Positions 1 through 12,546 of a stretch of DNA of 64,000 nucleotides are shown here, in pieces. The position numbers were made by a program, and so were the translations under genes. The notes below the pieces were generated by a model that was given only the letters and a program-made list of their open reading frames with translations, made no database searches and was not told the origin of the DNA. This stretch comes from Camelus dromedarius (Eukaryota). Within the stretch, counting starts at the first letter, position 1. Each line of letters opens with the position of its first letter. The stretch is from contig NC_087436.1 of NCBI RefSeq assembly GCF_036321535.1, positions 6,882,001 to 6,946,000 of the forward strand. The letters are read 5' to 3'.

Positions 1-179
1 TCAACACCCTCTACTAATGGACACACCTCTAGATGTCCCCAGTTGGACGGAGCCCCTACAAGCCATCTCTGGTCCGAATCCCCACAACACGCCTAAACTT
101 ACCTGCTCAGTCAGTTCAACGCGACGAGTCCACTGCCGCCCCTTTGTCTTTCCCTCAAAGGTAGAGAGAAACCAAAGGA

Positions 180-427
180 AATGTGTCACCCTGACTGGAA
201 TCACTGGCAACAATGAAAAGGTATTTTAGGGGCAATTGAGTGACTTCGAATATAGACTGAATTTTAGATATTATTGAATTACATTTCTCAGGAATTATAC
301 TGGTATTGTGATTATATAGGAAATGTTCTCATCAGTAGGAAGTGCGGGCTGAAATATTTAGGGGTTCACTGTTATGTTGCGTGTAACTTGCAAGTTCAGC
401 AAAAAATGTGCACGTTATGTGTGTGTG

Positions 428-473
<46 letters not shown>

Positions 474-590
474 GTGATAGAGGGAGAGAGACAGAAGAAC
501 AGAAATAGAATGCAAAATGTGATCAAAATGTGGCATAATAAATATATACTGTCTTTTCAACTTTTCTGTAGGGGCAAAAAAAACACATAA
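180..590 (+). mobile_element. Old L1 3' end (L1MC/L1ME-like) containing a compound (TG)(TA)(GA) microsatellite at about 418-490
   Basis: Motifs such as ctgaaatatttagggg and tactgtcttttcaacttttctgta resemble old L1M 3' UTRs. Confidence 0.6.
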
Positions 591-2279
591 TCATTAAAAC
601 TAGAATGCCAAGTAGCAAAAGAAACATAGTTGGTCTTACATGAAGCTAATATTCTGGGGTTTTTTCTGCAGCCTGTAGGAAAGTTGGAGGGCTATACCTT
701 TGATTCATTAGATTCATCAAAGAAATCTACGTTTTAAAGACCATTTTCAGTCACACAGCGTAGGTAAGTGGATTTAGGCCTGCACACACACATACACAAG
801 CACGCAAAAATCTGAGTTTAATCATCCCTAGAAGTCACTGGCTAAATGCCGACCGCTTTCCGAGAAATTTCCGTCCTTTAAAAGCCAGCTTCACTGGTTC
901 CTTTTGATGAATTTCTTTAACAACATCTGCTTTCTAGGAGCTCAGAAAGTGCTAGGAATCAATAAAGCAGTGTTTCTTACACTCTCCCAATCAATAAAAT
1001 ACAGTTTCTTCCTTTATTCATCCAGTCACTAAAAACTTAGTGACCGCCTACACCGTGCCAGGCCCCATGTTAGGCCCAGAACACACACGAAATCCATGGG
1101 CCATGTCCTCAAGGAGTTCAGGGTCACCTGGGGAGGCAGACACTGGACACATGATCAGGGAATAATATAAAAAGTCTTGGAATAAGGGTATGTATAAACT
1201 GCTTTGGGAGCATGGAGGAAGGAACCCTAAGCTACCTGGTAGGGGAGAGAGGGGTAACGCTACAATAATAAACAATAATGGAAGCAACAACAAGGACAAT
1301 AATTGTGGTCCTACACCAGACATGTTCTAAACACAAAACTCACAGAGGGTTTGAGGAGGGTGGACCTGGCAGGAGTCAACACAGATTAGCCGCAGGGAAC
1401 GTGCCTGGACATTTCAGTACAAATCCTGGGTAAACATTTTGAGAAGTCTGCCTGGCTAAAACATTTTTGCTGTTGCCATGAACTCCCTCCCCAGGTGCCT
1501 CCCTGTTTTACCTAGATAACACTGCCTCCATTTAAAATAGGTCTCGAGGCTCCCAGGAGGCATGGGCGTGGCCTCTGGACAAGCAGCTGGTTTGTAGCAA
1601 GACAGAATCTAGGTTAGGACGCATGCGTTGTGGACTTGCGTTCCACCTCATTACATAACATCACCTGCCCACAGACCTCTGCTCAGGGAGGTCCTGAAGC
1701 AGGGAGTAGGGGTTTCACTGGTGACCCTTGCAGAAAAGACACTTCTGGCCAAGAGGTGAATCTGCAAGATGTTAAGGAAATGAGAGAGTTTGGCAAATCC
1801 TCATAGATCCAATTTTAGGAATGATGGGAGCCGAAGTTATGTGGGTGGAAAGTGGTGGAAGAGAAAGCTAGACAGGCATACTTGAGCCAGAAAACAGGGC
1901 TTTTGTATAAGGTACAAGGGATAAGTGTTGGAAAGTCACTGAAGTGCCCTCAGCTTTGGGATTATATGAGAGATTTGCCTTTTTAACAGATCATGCTGTG
2001 CAGAGGCCCAGGCAGTGTCTAAGAGGAGGGCAGCCAGCCAGGGGTGAGAGCCAGGCTCTAGCCAGGGACCCACCAGAAGGTGGAGCCTGGACTTTGACTG
2101 GGGGCAGCTGGCTGGATAAAGAGGTTATAACCTCGCCTGTGCTCTCTGTGCAACTTCTTTCAACATTACTAAGTGTCGTATCTTTTCATTATCATCATAA
2201 AGCATCATGCCAACATGTTCTCTTAAAACATTTTGAGTAGGTACCACTTTTGCAAATGGTGCCAGGGAAGCAATGGTTT

Positions 2280-3285
2280 CCTCTGCTGCCTTCATGGGAA
2301 TACTCTGAAACTCCCATGCTGCTCCTTTGGAGGTATTTTTTGGTGGGGATGGGATGGGAGACAGGGAATAAGTTTCAAGGGAATGAGTGCCTGGACTAGG
2401 TCAAGGGCAGCAGAGGTGGAAGGGAGGACTGGCTTGTGATTCAGCATAATTTTAAGAATTGAACTCAGGGACTGAGAGTGAGTCAAAGATGACTCCTGGT
2501 TTTGCCTGAGCAACTGGGTGGATGGTAGCGTCGTTCTCCAAGACAAGGGCGTACTTCGAGAGAGATTTTGGAAGAAAGATGTGGAGCTCAAATTTGAACA
2601 TGTCGATTTTGCACGTGGATGTCAAATTGTTCCAGCACCATTTGTTGAAAAGACTCCTTTCTTCACTGAATTATCTTTTCCCCTTTGTCAAAAATCAGTT
2701 GATTTTTTTTTTTTTTGCAGGTCTATTTCTGGCCTTTCTATTCTGTTCTGTGGGTCTGTGTTTTAATCCTCTGCTGATATCACACTGTCTTGATGAATGT
2801 GGCTTTATAGTAAGTCTTGAAATTGGATAATGTAAACCCTTCAACTTTGGTCTTTTTTTTTTTAATCAGAAGTGTTTTGCTTTTCTATATAAACTTTGGA
2901 ATCAGATTGTCAATACCTACAAAAAACTGGCTGAGATTTTGATTGGGATTGCAGTGATTCAATAAAATATATTTGGAAACATTGCCATCTTAATACTGAG
3001 TTTTCTTATTTATGAACATGGTATTCCTCCTCACTTTAGACATTTTTGATTCCTTGTATTGGATGCCACTCTGGTGTGTATCCCTAAGCCCTTTATTTCT
3101 GTTGGACTTGTCAGTTTTGAGGCATCTGTATACATCTATGTGCAGATGTCCTGGGGGCAAGCCTGGAGGTCTAGGGTATTGTCCGAGCTGGAATTCAGGT
3201 TTAGTATAATCACATGTTTCATGAATGTCACATTTCTCAGGGACAGAAGACAGAGAAGAAAACAGGGCTAAGGACTGAGCCAACT
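2280..3285 (-). mobile_element. L2 fragment split by an L1 insertion
   Basis: L2 motifs gagtcaaagatgactcctggtttt...gagcaactgggtggatgg up to about 2610, resuming at about 3100 (gttttgaggcatct...gggctaaggactgagcc). Confidence 0.7.
2611..3060 (-). mobile_element. Old L1 ORF2 fragment
   Basis: Antisense ORF2 motif ggatgtcaaattgttccagcaccatttgttgaaaagact...gattgggattgca. Confidence 0.85.
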
Positions 3286-3374
3286 TAATTACTTACATCA
3301 AGTGGTTAATTCTGGCACTTGTTCTGAGTTTAAGAAATAAGCCAAGGAAGACCTGAGAAACCCACAGTGAAGGC

Positions 3375-3585
3375 TGGACACGTAGACTTTGGCACCAGAG
3401 AGCATGTGTTTAGATCCTGGCTCTGGGACTCACTGAGTCTCAGTTTCCCCTAATTATAAAATGTGTATGGTAACAGAACCCACCTCCTAGGGTTGTTGGA
3501 AGATTAATTAGCATGGTACATCCAGAGGATGTGGAACAGTCCTTGGCATGGTGAGCACCCAAATACCTGTTGGCTATTGCTATGA
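3375..3585 (+). mobile_element. MIR SINE
   Basis: MIR core ctcagtttccc...taaaatg...cctcctagggttgttggaagattaa. Confidence 0.8.
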
Positions 3586-3776
3586 GTTACATAAATGAAT
3601 TGCCAGGACCCTGTTTGGGGAATGCCTTGGGAAAAAACTGGTTTTTGAGAATCCTGGCATTGTTAGATAATGCCTATTGGTCTTCATAAGAAAAGATGGG
3701 ATTCACTGCCTGTGATCATTTTTCTGGCACCATATACACCTGGGACTTGGTACCCCTTCCAAAGATAAACTGCACA

Positions 3777-4334
3777 AGAGAAATGCAGATCAAAACTACA
3801 GTGAGGTATCACCCACACCAGCCAGAATGGCCATCATTCAAAAGTCCACAAATGATAAATGCTGGAGAGGCTGTGGAGAAAAGGGAGCCCTCCTACACTG
3901 CTGGTGGGAGTGTACATTGGTGTAGCCACTGTGGAGGACAGTATGGAGGACAGTTCCTTAAAAAACTAAAAATAGACTTACCTTGTGATCCAGCAATCCC
4001 ATTCCTGGGCATATACCTGGAGAAAAATAAAATTCAAAAATGCACATGCACCTCAATGTTCAGCACTATTTACAATAGCCAAGACATGGAAACAACCCAA
4101 ATGTCCATCAACAGATGACTATATAAAGCAGATGTAGTACATATATACAATGGAATACTACTCAGCCATAAAAAAGAATAAAATAATGCCATTTGCAGAA
4201 ACGTGGATGGACCTGGAGATCATCATTCTAAGTGAAGTGGGCTGGAAAGAGAAAGGAAAATCCCATATGATATTGCTTATATTTGGAATCTAAATAAAAT
4301 AAAATAAATTTAAAAATATATAAGGACAAAAAAG
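3777..4334 (+). mobile_element. 5'-truncated L1 (ORF2 C-terminus) lacking the 3' UTR, with target-site duplication (TSD)
   Basis: Encodes [12 protein letters not shown] and [24 protein letters not shown] aagataaactgcaca (3762-3776) / aagatgaactgcaca (4335-4349). Confidence 0.92.
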
Positions 4335-4959
4335 AAGATGAACTGCACAGAAGAAAGAATATATAACGTCTGACATTTCCTGCTAAAAGCTCTTTGTTGA
4401 GAAACCATGTCTGCTTACGATTTTTGATATGTGTTTCAAGCATTCCCCAAATGAAGTATGACAGTTGTGAGTACATATCACCAGGGACTCACAATTTCTT
4501 TCTGAAGCAAAGCAAGAGAAGTGGTCAGGAACACCATATCTTGCCTTCCTACCCCTGACACACAGCTCTGGTTCTGCCCTGTGGAGCCCCGGAGGCTTTG
4601 TGGCGAAGACCCACCCCATCTAGCTCTGTCACACTCTTAGCCTTGAGCAAATGCTGATCATCCCCAGCTAGGAGCCACTGGCCCAGATAAAACCTTATTT
4701 ACTTTTAAGGCTCTGGGCTACTTACAATAAGTAATTAAAGTTTATTTACTGACATAAACTAAGTAAAAGAACCCTCTCTAAGGTCAAGGTTCTGCATATA
4801 AAGTCAATCAGGCAGGTCAATTTATTTTTAAACTAACATCATTCTTTCCTAGAAATTGGAAGGGCCATATATTCTTTGACTAAGGCTATTCCTTTTAAGG
4901 GAGGGGTGAGATGAGTAAGATTATTTTCTTTTATAAATCCCATTTTGAGTCATTGTCAT

Positions 4960-5125
4960 AGTAAGCTAGCAAGGAAGCTATTTCTCACTACATTTTACAA
5001 AGGTAGAAACTAAAGTTCAGAGAGGTTAAGAGCTTTCTTCCAGGTCGCAAAGCTCACGTCTATCAGAAAAGGCTTTCAAATTCAAAGTTGTATGATATTA
5101 GATTCCAAGGTTTTCCCACTGTATT
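4960..5125 (-). mobile_element. MIR SINE
   Basis: cattttacaaaggtagaaactaaagttcagagaggttaag is the antisense MIR core. Confidence 0.75.
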
Positions 5126-8100
5126 ACTTATATATTCCACTGTACCCATGTAAAGCCTTGTTTATTGACTCCACTGGGGGAAAAAATGACATTTTTCCCC
5201 CTTCAGCGACATGATAAAATTCTTAGTCTAATTATTTCTATGCTGTCTCCTGTGTCAACAGATCTGTCTCTGAAGCATCTGACCAGGTTGGGGTGGAGTT
5301 CTGTGGGTTTATGCTGGTCTTTATCCTGATTTAATTATCTCTGGATTCTTATAGACAGCTATGATGCCACAGGTTCATTCCTTGTAGATGAGGTAAGCAT
5401 AAGGTGGGACTGACCTCTGTTTTAAATGTCTTACCAGCACTTACCACTGGTCCTGGGTATCTTATGTGACGAGTACAATATTCGCATAAGAAGAGCACTG
5501 CTGAAGATGGCCAGGACCTCTGTGGTGTGTCTCCCAAGGGGTCGGAAGGTTCTGAGTCACGTCTCATGTATCATCTTTACCTGGTTCTCACATCAGATCT
5601 CAGCCGACGTCCAGAGGTTCTCTCTTTTCACCATTTACTTGTGCTTTCCTCTCTGAGGTCTCTGATGTGCCCATCTGCCATTTCCTATTGAAGGTTTCCT
5701 CCTTCAACCCCCAAAAGGCAGTGTGTCTTTCTTCCTGACTGCTCTGCTTTAGATTTTTGTGTTGCAAAATAATACACGATACAATGAGATAGCCTCCCTT
5801 TATAAACAGGCCCTCAGTGCCTGTTTCCCACGCCCTTGTTTGCCCTTCACTTCCTTTGCTCAATTTAGATTTGTCAGCTCAGCGCACAGTCACTTCGTTT
5901 ATGTACACACGATGCCTAGCACTAGGCTTGGGTTTAATGAATATTAAATAATCATGACTTCTGAATGATTATTAGTATTGGCATTTAAAAAGTCACAGCT
6001 GGTCAAGAATACTTTTTTTTTTTTTTTTTTTTTTGCTCTGATGACCTTGTCTGATGTTGACCTTCCTCTACAGACAGCTGTGTAATAGCACAATTACTTT
6101 ACCCTTGAATATCAGTTGGGGACCAGAGCTAGCAATGATTGGAACGGCTCTTCTTCATTGGAAGACATTTACAAATTCTGCACTGGGTACCAGTTTGCTA
6201 GTAGATGTAATTTCAGTTGTATGTAATCACCTTAACATAACTGGAGAAGCCCAGATACAACTTTATACAATGTTCCCTTACGACAAAATTATCTCACTGG
6301 GTTAACTTTGCATGTTTGCAATGGAAGGTTTTTTTGTTTTTTTTTTTCTCCTCTCTTGGCATGTTTAATTTAAGCATTCAAGATATCCAGTATGGGCTTT
6401 TAAAATCCCCGCATTAAGTACTCATTGAGGGTGTGGTTGCATTGACAGTGTTAGGTTTTGAAATACAGTCCTTCATTTTACCTATTTTTCGGCTTAAAGA
6501 AAACCCCTTATCTGCATATTTTATGTAAACCCTTTAGAGGTTTCCTTAAAATTGACAGACTGATTTTGGACTACAGTTCCTTAGGGCAATTCATAAAGAT
6601 AAATGCCAAACACTGGGCAACAATAGAAGGAATTGATGGTGGATCAAAAGTTTAACAACGCATTTCCTTTCAGAGATGCCAGCACCAGCTTTCTCACAAG
6701 CTGGAAATAAAGAAGGCTGTGCTCTCCCACTGGCCGAATATTTCAAATGCAGACAAACCAACGGAAGAAAGTGGTTATGTCAATGTGAGGAACACAATCC
6801 TGTAAGTGAGGAGAACAGTTTTATTTGTGAGCTTGAATATCCTCTATTTATATTTTTATTTAATTCTGTGTCCAAGGCAGAACCAAGGTCATAATATTGA
6901 TAAATTAGGGCAAAAATGGTTTCTTCTTATAGAATCAGTTCCAAAATATCTGAACATCTACATGACATCACCAGTACGGTCGTTCTTACTCATGTGATAC
7001 CATCCTCAACTCTGAACTCATGGTGATTCCTATCCAATCAGACGTAACAGTCTGAGTCTAATTGTGCTTTTGGTAGTTTCTCTCTAACTTGTTTCGTGAG
7101 CTCTCTCCTATGAACTCACTGTATTTCTCCCTGGACTCAGTAACTGGAGTCTCCACCAGGGACTCTCCGGAATGCTATATGCAGGTAGATACAATGTTTC
7201 CTAGTGGAGTGAGCTCAGTGAAACTGATACAGTGTCGAAGCTACAATCTCCAGACTCCTGAGATTTAAGTAACTGCCAGACAATGTAAACAAAAATTGTT
7301 TGCTGGGTGTAGGGGAGGCAGGTGTTTATGTGGAATATCTTTAATAGAATTCAACCTCTCTCAGCTCTAAACCTTGCCTTCGGATGGTTATAACAACTGG
7401 AGAAAATGGTAACCAGAGGAGTCCTTGTCTTAGCAGAAGTGGGCAGCTTCCTGGATCCGGGCATTCTCCTAGGTGAGGTGAGTAAATTAGGCAAGTGCCT
7501 GGCACACAGAGCAAGCTCCCACAAGGCTGGGAAAGGGACCACGTTTGTCTTAGCCATCATTGGTACTTGAAGCACAGAGATCAGTACCTGGCACAGAGCG
7601 CCCAATAAATATTTATTCTGATTGAACAGTAGACGTTCATGTGTTTTTTGGAACAAAGTGACTTTCTATAAATAGATATAGAGGTATCACTTGCTAACCT
7701 TGTGCCATAGCTGGACCCCTAAGAATTTTTGAAAGTTATTTTATTCACTTTAAAAGATGACCCTAAACACCTAGCCTCCATGATATATTTAGAGATGTAT
7801 TCGATTTTACTGTTGGAATCATCAAGGCTTTTTAAAGTTACAGGTAGGATGGTATTAAGGGCAGAACTTGAAATGAATTTCTAGACTTAACACCCAGTGT
7901 TCTGTCTCTCTTTCTACCCCCTAATGATTTTCTAGATAATTCGGTGCAAGGAAACTCTCATTTTCATACCTGTCTTTATAAGGCAGCACAATAGATGGCT
8001 TCCTTTGATTATGGTTGATGCACACAGTTTGGTTTAGACGAATCAGCAAGCTGGCAGATCTGTGTCTAATTCCGTCATCCGTGGTACACACAGCAAAATG

Positions 8101-8844
8101 TTCATGGTCAAATGTTAATAAAACAGCAATGCGTGCCAGGTATCAGGTGTCCTAGATACTGAACGGTGATAAGCATTACTGACATACTTAGATAAGTAGA
8201 TTATAAACAGTGGCAAAATTGACTTTAATTGAAATTAAATGATAGCTTAGCAATTGACAGGGAGTGAGTCATTCTGTTGGTGGATAAGACATTGTTATTA
8301 CCCCTCACCTGAGGTCACTGGTGCGATTCAGTATCACAGAAGGGCATTCAGAAAGAAAAAAAAAAAAAAAAAAAAAGAGCTGGGTTTGCATGTGCAATTC
8401 ACAATGTTCTGGCTGGAATGTCTGGGTGAGGAGTGCCTGCCTGCTGCCCAGGCTCTGGAGGGCCTGGCTCTGACTTCACCCTCCCCTTGGGACAAGGAGT
8501 TTCATGCTCTCTGAACACCCTGGACCCTGGAACTTACTGCCTTGCCACTTCCAGGCCTGACCATCCAAAGCTGGAACATGGTTGGAGGAATCAGCAGGTG
8601 ATGGCTCTTGTGAGAGGTATGATGTAGTTTGGATGCTCGGGCTGGGGTGTCCTCAAGTGTGGGAGCCTTTTTCTGGTAAGGATTGGATTGGAGATGGGAA
8701 GAAAATGGGGTGTGAGTTTCACACCAGAAGCAAGCAGTTCCTCCTGCAGCACCGTGTTCTAGTTCATTTCTAGTTTCAATAATTTATGATGGGTTCTACG
8801 ACGGCTTGCCCCAGACCCTTCCAAACTGCAAGGCAGGCTTGGAA

Positions 8845-9100
8845 CTAGGGCAAGTCAGGTAGCCTATTTTAGTCTCAAGTCTCCTCATCTGTAAACAGGA
8901 TGATAGTAACTGTTCCATTAACCTCAAAGGGTTGGGATGATGAGAACGATCTTAAAAATAACTCCCATTTGCTGAGCACACACTACAGTTCCAGCACTGT
9001 GCAAGACACTTTGTGCACACTGTATCTGATCCTCACACATCTTCAGGGCATGCAATTTTTCTCTGCTTTTTAAAGAACAGAAAACAGGCTCGGAAAGGTT
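8845..9100. mobile_element. Two MIR fragments in tail-to-tail orientation
   Basis: Plus-strand core ctcctcatctgtaaacaggatgatag, then minus-strand catttgctgagcacacactac...aaaacaggctcggaaaggtt. Confidence 0.65.
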
Positions 9101-9184
9101 GTTTCTCTCCTTGCCTCCCCTCCCCCATCAGGGGCAGAAGTAAGAAGACGTAACAGTCTCATGCACACACAAGGGAATGCTGGA

Positions 9185-10130
9185 GTCATCCATTCATTTA
9201 CAGCACCTTGGGGGATGTAGCAATGAACAAAAGGAACAAAGACTAATGACTTCAGAAGCTCACATTATAGTGAAGGGAAACAAACAAGAAATAAATAAGT
9301 AAAAAATTTATTTTATTATGTTAGATGGTGATGAGGAAAACAAGGAGAACCAGGGTGAGTGGAGTCACAGGGAAAGTGATGTTTGAATCAAGATAGAAGG
9401 AGGGGAGGGAACAACATTCTGGGTTTTGTTTTGGTTTGGTTTTTGGTGGGCTGGCAGAGGAACTGCAGAGGGAAAGGCCATGAGACTGGGGTTTACTTCC
9501 TTATTCCAGAAGCAGCAAGGAGGCCAGTGTGGCCCAGAAAATGAGTAGGGAGTAGAGAAGGAGGAGATGAGGTCAGAGAGATCAAGAGGCGGGGTGTGCG
9601 GGGAGGACCGGGTCTATAGGTCTTCTAGGCCATGATCAGGACCTGGGCTTTTACCTTCAATGAAATGGGAGAGCAAATGGATTTTTTTTTTTTTTTAAAG
9701 CACAGGAGTAACTTCAGCTGGAGAGAAAAGACTCACTGTGGCTGCTGTGTTCCAAGTAGACCACTGGAGTCAAGGGCAGGAAGAGGGAGGCCAGGGAGGT
9801 GGTTATTGCAAAGTGCAAGCAAAAGAGGATGCCCACTTGGACCAGGGTCATGGCAGTAGAGGTGGTGGTCAGAGGTTAGATTCCAGCTATGGTACTTTAA
9901 AGGTTGAGCTGACAAATTTACTGAAAACTTGTGGGGTGTAAGAGACAAGAAAGAGCCAAGAAAAGATGCCAAGGTTTTTCACTTGGTCAAGGGGTGATGA
10001 GGTGTAGATGACATTTATTTGAATGGGGAAGGCTGTGTGTGGCACACGTTTGGGGCAGGAGATCTGGAGCCTGGTCTGCACATGTTAATTCTGAGGTGTT
10101 TACCAGACACCAGACGGAGATGTCAGGTAT
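9185..10130 (-). mobile_element. L2 LINE 3' region
   Basis: L2 motifs cagcaaggaggccagtgtggc, ggagatgaggtcagagag and catgttaattctgaggtgtttaccagacacc. Confidence 0.85.
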
Positions 10131-12374
10131 ATTTTCTCACTTCGTTGGATTTGATTTTCCTTCTCTCTCTACGCAGAGCTGTAATGATACCCATGCTCCT
10201 TTGCTTTCAAGGTGATGGTCTACGCCATCAAGAATTTGATGCTGGGCCTCAGCTAAAGGATGCAAGAGAAATACTGGGAAGCAGTATGAGCAAGGGTAAT
10301 AGAAAGGGTCTAGAGATAGATACAATCTGTAACTCAGATTCAGTTTCACAAGTTTGGGCAGGGACAGTCCTGTCTTGTGGAAGCCACACACTTTGTTTAA
10401 TACAGGTGATTTGCAGACTGTAAAATCATTGTTCATAACCTATCCCAAGTGTTTAAACCAAACTAGATGTTGAAAAAGTATGTTCGGAAATTTGAAAAAA
10501 GTTCCATGTAGTAGGTCATACAAGTAACAATCCTCCCCTAAGTATGGCTGGATACAGACAACAAACATGAAGTTGTTGGAGATGGGGCAAGGGGAAGCAG
10601 ATAAAAGTAAGCCCCTAGGACCAGAACACAAGAGCGGTTCCCGCTGCTTGGCTGTCCTTACACACCTCGACCTGGCTCAGAGAGGGAGTGGGAGGAGCAG
10701 TGACATTTTAAAGGGCTACGTCCCAGCGTTCCCCGCACCACGTGAGTCCAGCTTGGATGTGGGGTCTGGAGGTTTGTTATGCCCAACGCGAAACCACATC
10801 TGCCAGTGTTTCTGATGATGTCACAGAACTTGCTGTCCAGGTCTCGCGCAGAAGACCGACCACCTTTAAATCTGGACTATCTGCCTGTCCAAGGGTGGTA
10901 TTTGGTCTAGTGTTGAAACTGGCACGTTTCCATCTCCTTCGTTTCGTGCTCATTTAAGTGTCTGGAGGTGCCGGATGTGCACGGAACGCAGGAGAGGAAT
11001 GTTTTCCCTGCAGCAAGTTACAAATAGGCAAAATCCATCCTTAGAGGATTTCTCGCCTCTGAAGCATCTTAGGACCCACCCTGGGTTCCAAAAGAATGCC
11101 CAGGGCGGCCCAAGCTGCGGGCCGGACCTCTGTTCCGGGTCAACTTGCAGACCCAGCGGCCGAGGCCTGGCGCCAGGAGGAGTCTGGCGAGGCGAGGCGA
11201 CGCGACGCTGCAGGGTCCCCCGGGGCCCGGAGTGGGCTGTGGGCAGGGGGCGCGGCGCGCGCTGGGGAAGGGGTGGGGAGCGGGGAGCGGAGAGCCCTGC
11301 GCCTTCCGCCCGGGCGCCAGGATGCCGCCTCCTCCAGGCCAGGCGGTGCGGGGCCCCAGCCGCTCCGGCCGGGGGCGCTGCAACCCTCCTCGACGGCCCT
11401 GGCTCGCGGCTCACCTGGGCGCCGCCGCGGAAGGTACGGCCCCGGAGCCCGGGGCGCGGCCGGCGGGCGGGCGGGCGCGGAGGTGGGGGGGGGCGCCGGG
11501 GGTGGGGACCGGCCCCGGGACGCCCCGCCCCCGCCGACGCGGCGCGCGCCGACTGGCCGCTGGCCTGTCACTCACCCTTCACCATGGTTGCAGCACAAAG
11601 CGACCGGCCCCGGAGGCCGCTTCCTCCCTGAGGAGCGGCGGGGCGGCCGCCGAGGCGCAGGAGGAGGAAGAGGCGGGGAAGAGGAGGGGAGTCGCCGCTT
11701 CCCAAACACTCTCCGGGGGGCTGTGCGCGACGCCCGCTGCTGGGAGTCCGGAGCCGGCCGCCCGCGGCCCCTTCCCTCCCACGCCCCGCGCAGACCGGGA
11801 ACAAAGTTGCCGAGAGCGACCGGGCTGCGGGCGCAGCCCGGCGGCGCGCTGGCCGCTCCGAGCGTGCCCATGGCGGGAGGCGGCGGCGGGGCGCACGGCA
11901 GCGGTCGGAGCGGCGGCGGGGCGGCCCGCGGGGATGCAGCAGCAGTCGGGCGGCGCGGCGGAGCGCAGTAGACGGAGCACCGGCGCGGCGCGGACGGCGG
12001 CCGAGGCCCCGCGGCTGGGCAGCGCCCGGACCTGAGCGTCCTCCGACGGCGGCCGCGGCGCCCGAGTACCGCCCGGAGCCCCGAGAAGAGGGCAAGGAGG
12101 CCCGAGCGCCCGCAGCCTCCCCCTCTCCGTCGCTCGAAGCTCCCTAAAAATAGCTCAGGCCCGCCGGGGCCGGGAGGAGCCGCCGCCTGCCCCGAGGGGA
12201 GCCGGGGAGGCGTGTCGAGCCCGAGCCCGGAGGGCGCTTGCCCGGCTGAGCGGCGCAGAGGAAGCGGGGAGCGCCGGGCGCTGCTGGGACCCTCGGCCGC
12301 GGGGCCGGGGCTGCGCGGCCTCGCGCGCCCCCCGCCTCGCCGCACCGTCCCCGGGCCCCCTGCCCCCACCCGCC

Positions 12375-12413
<39 letters not shown>
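12375..12413 (+). repeat. (CCG)13 trinucleotide repeat upstream of the ATG
   Basis: Counted directly: 39 nt, uninterrupted. Confidence 0.97.
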
Positions 12414-12414
<1 letters not shown>

Positions 12415-12462
12415 GGTTTGGCTGGTTGGCCCGAGGCGGGCGGGCGGAGCGCGCAGGGCGGA

Positions 12463-12483
12463 GGCGGCGGCGGCGGCGGCGGC
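12463..12483 (+). repeat. (GGC)7 trinucleotide repeat upstream of the ATG
   Basis: Counted directly. Confidence 0.95.
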
Positions 12484-12546
12484 GCGCTGGGCCGGGAGGA
12501 GGCGGCCGAGGGCGCGAAGCGGCCCCGGCCCGGGCCGCGGGGGGAG

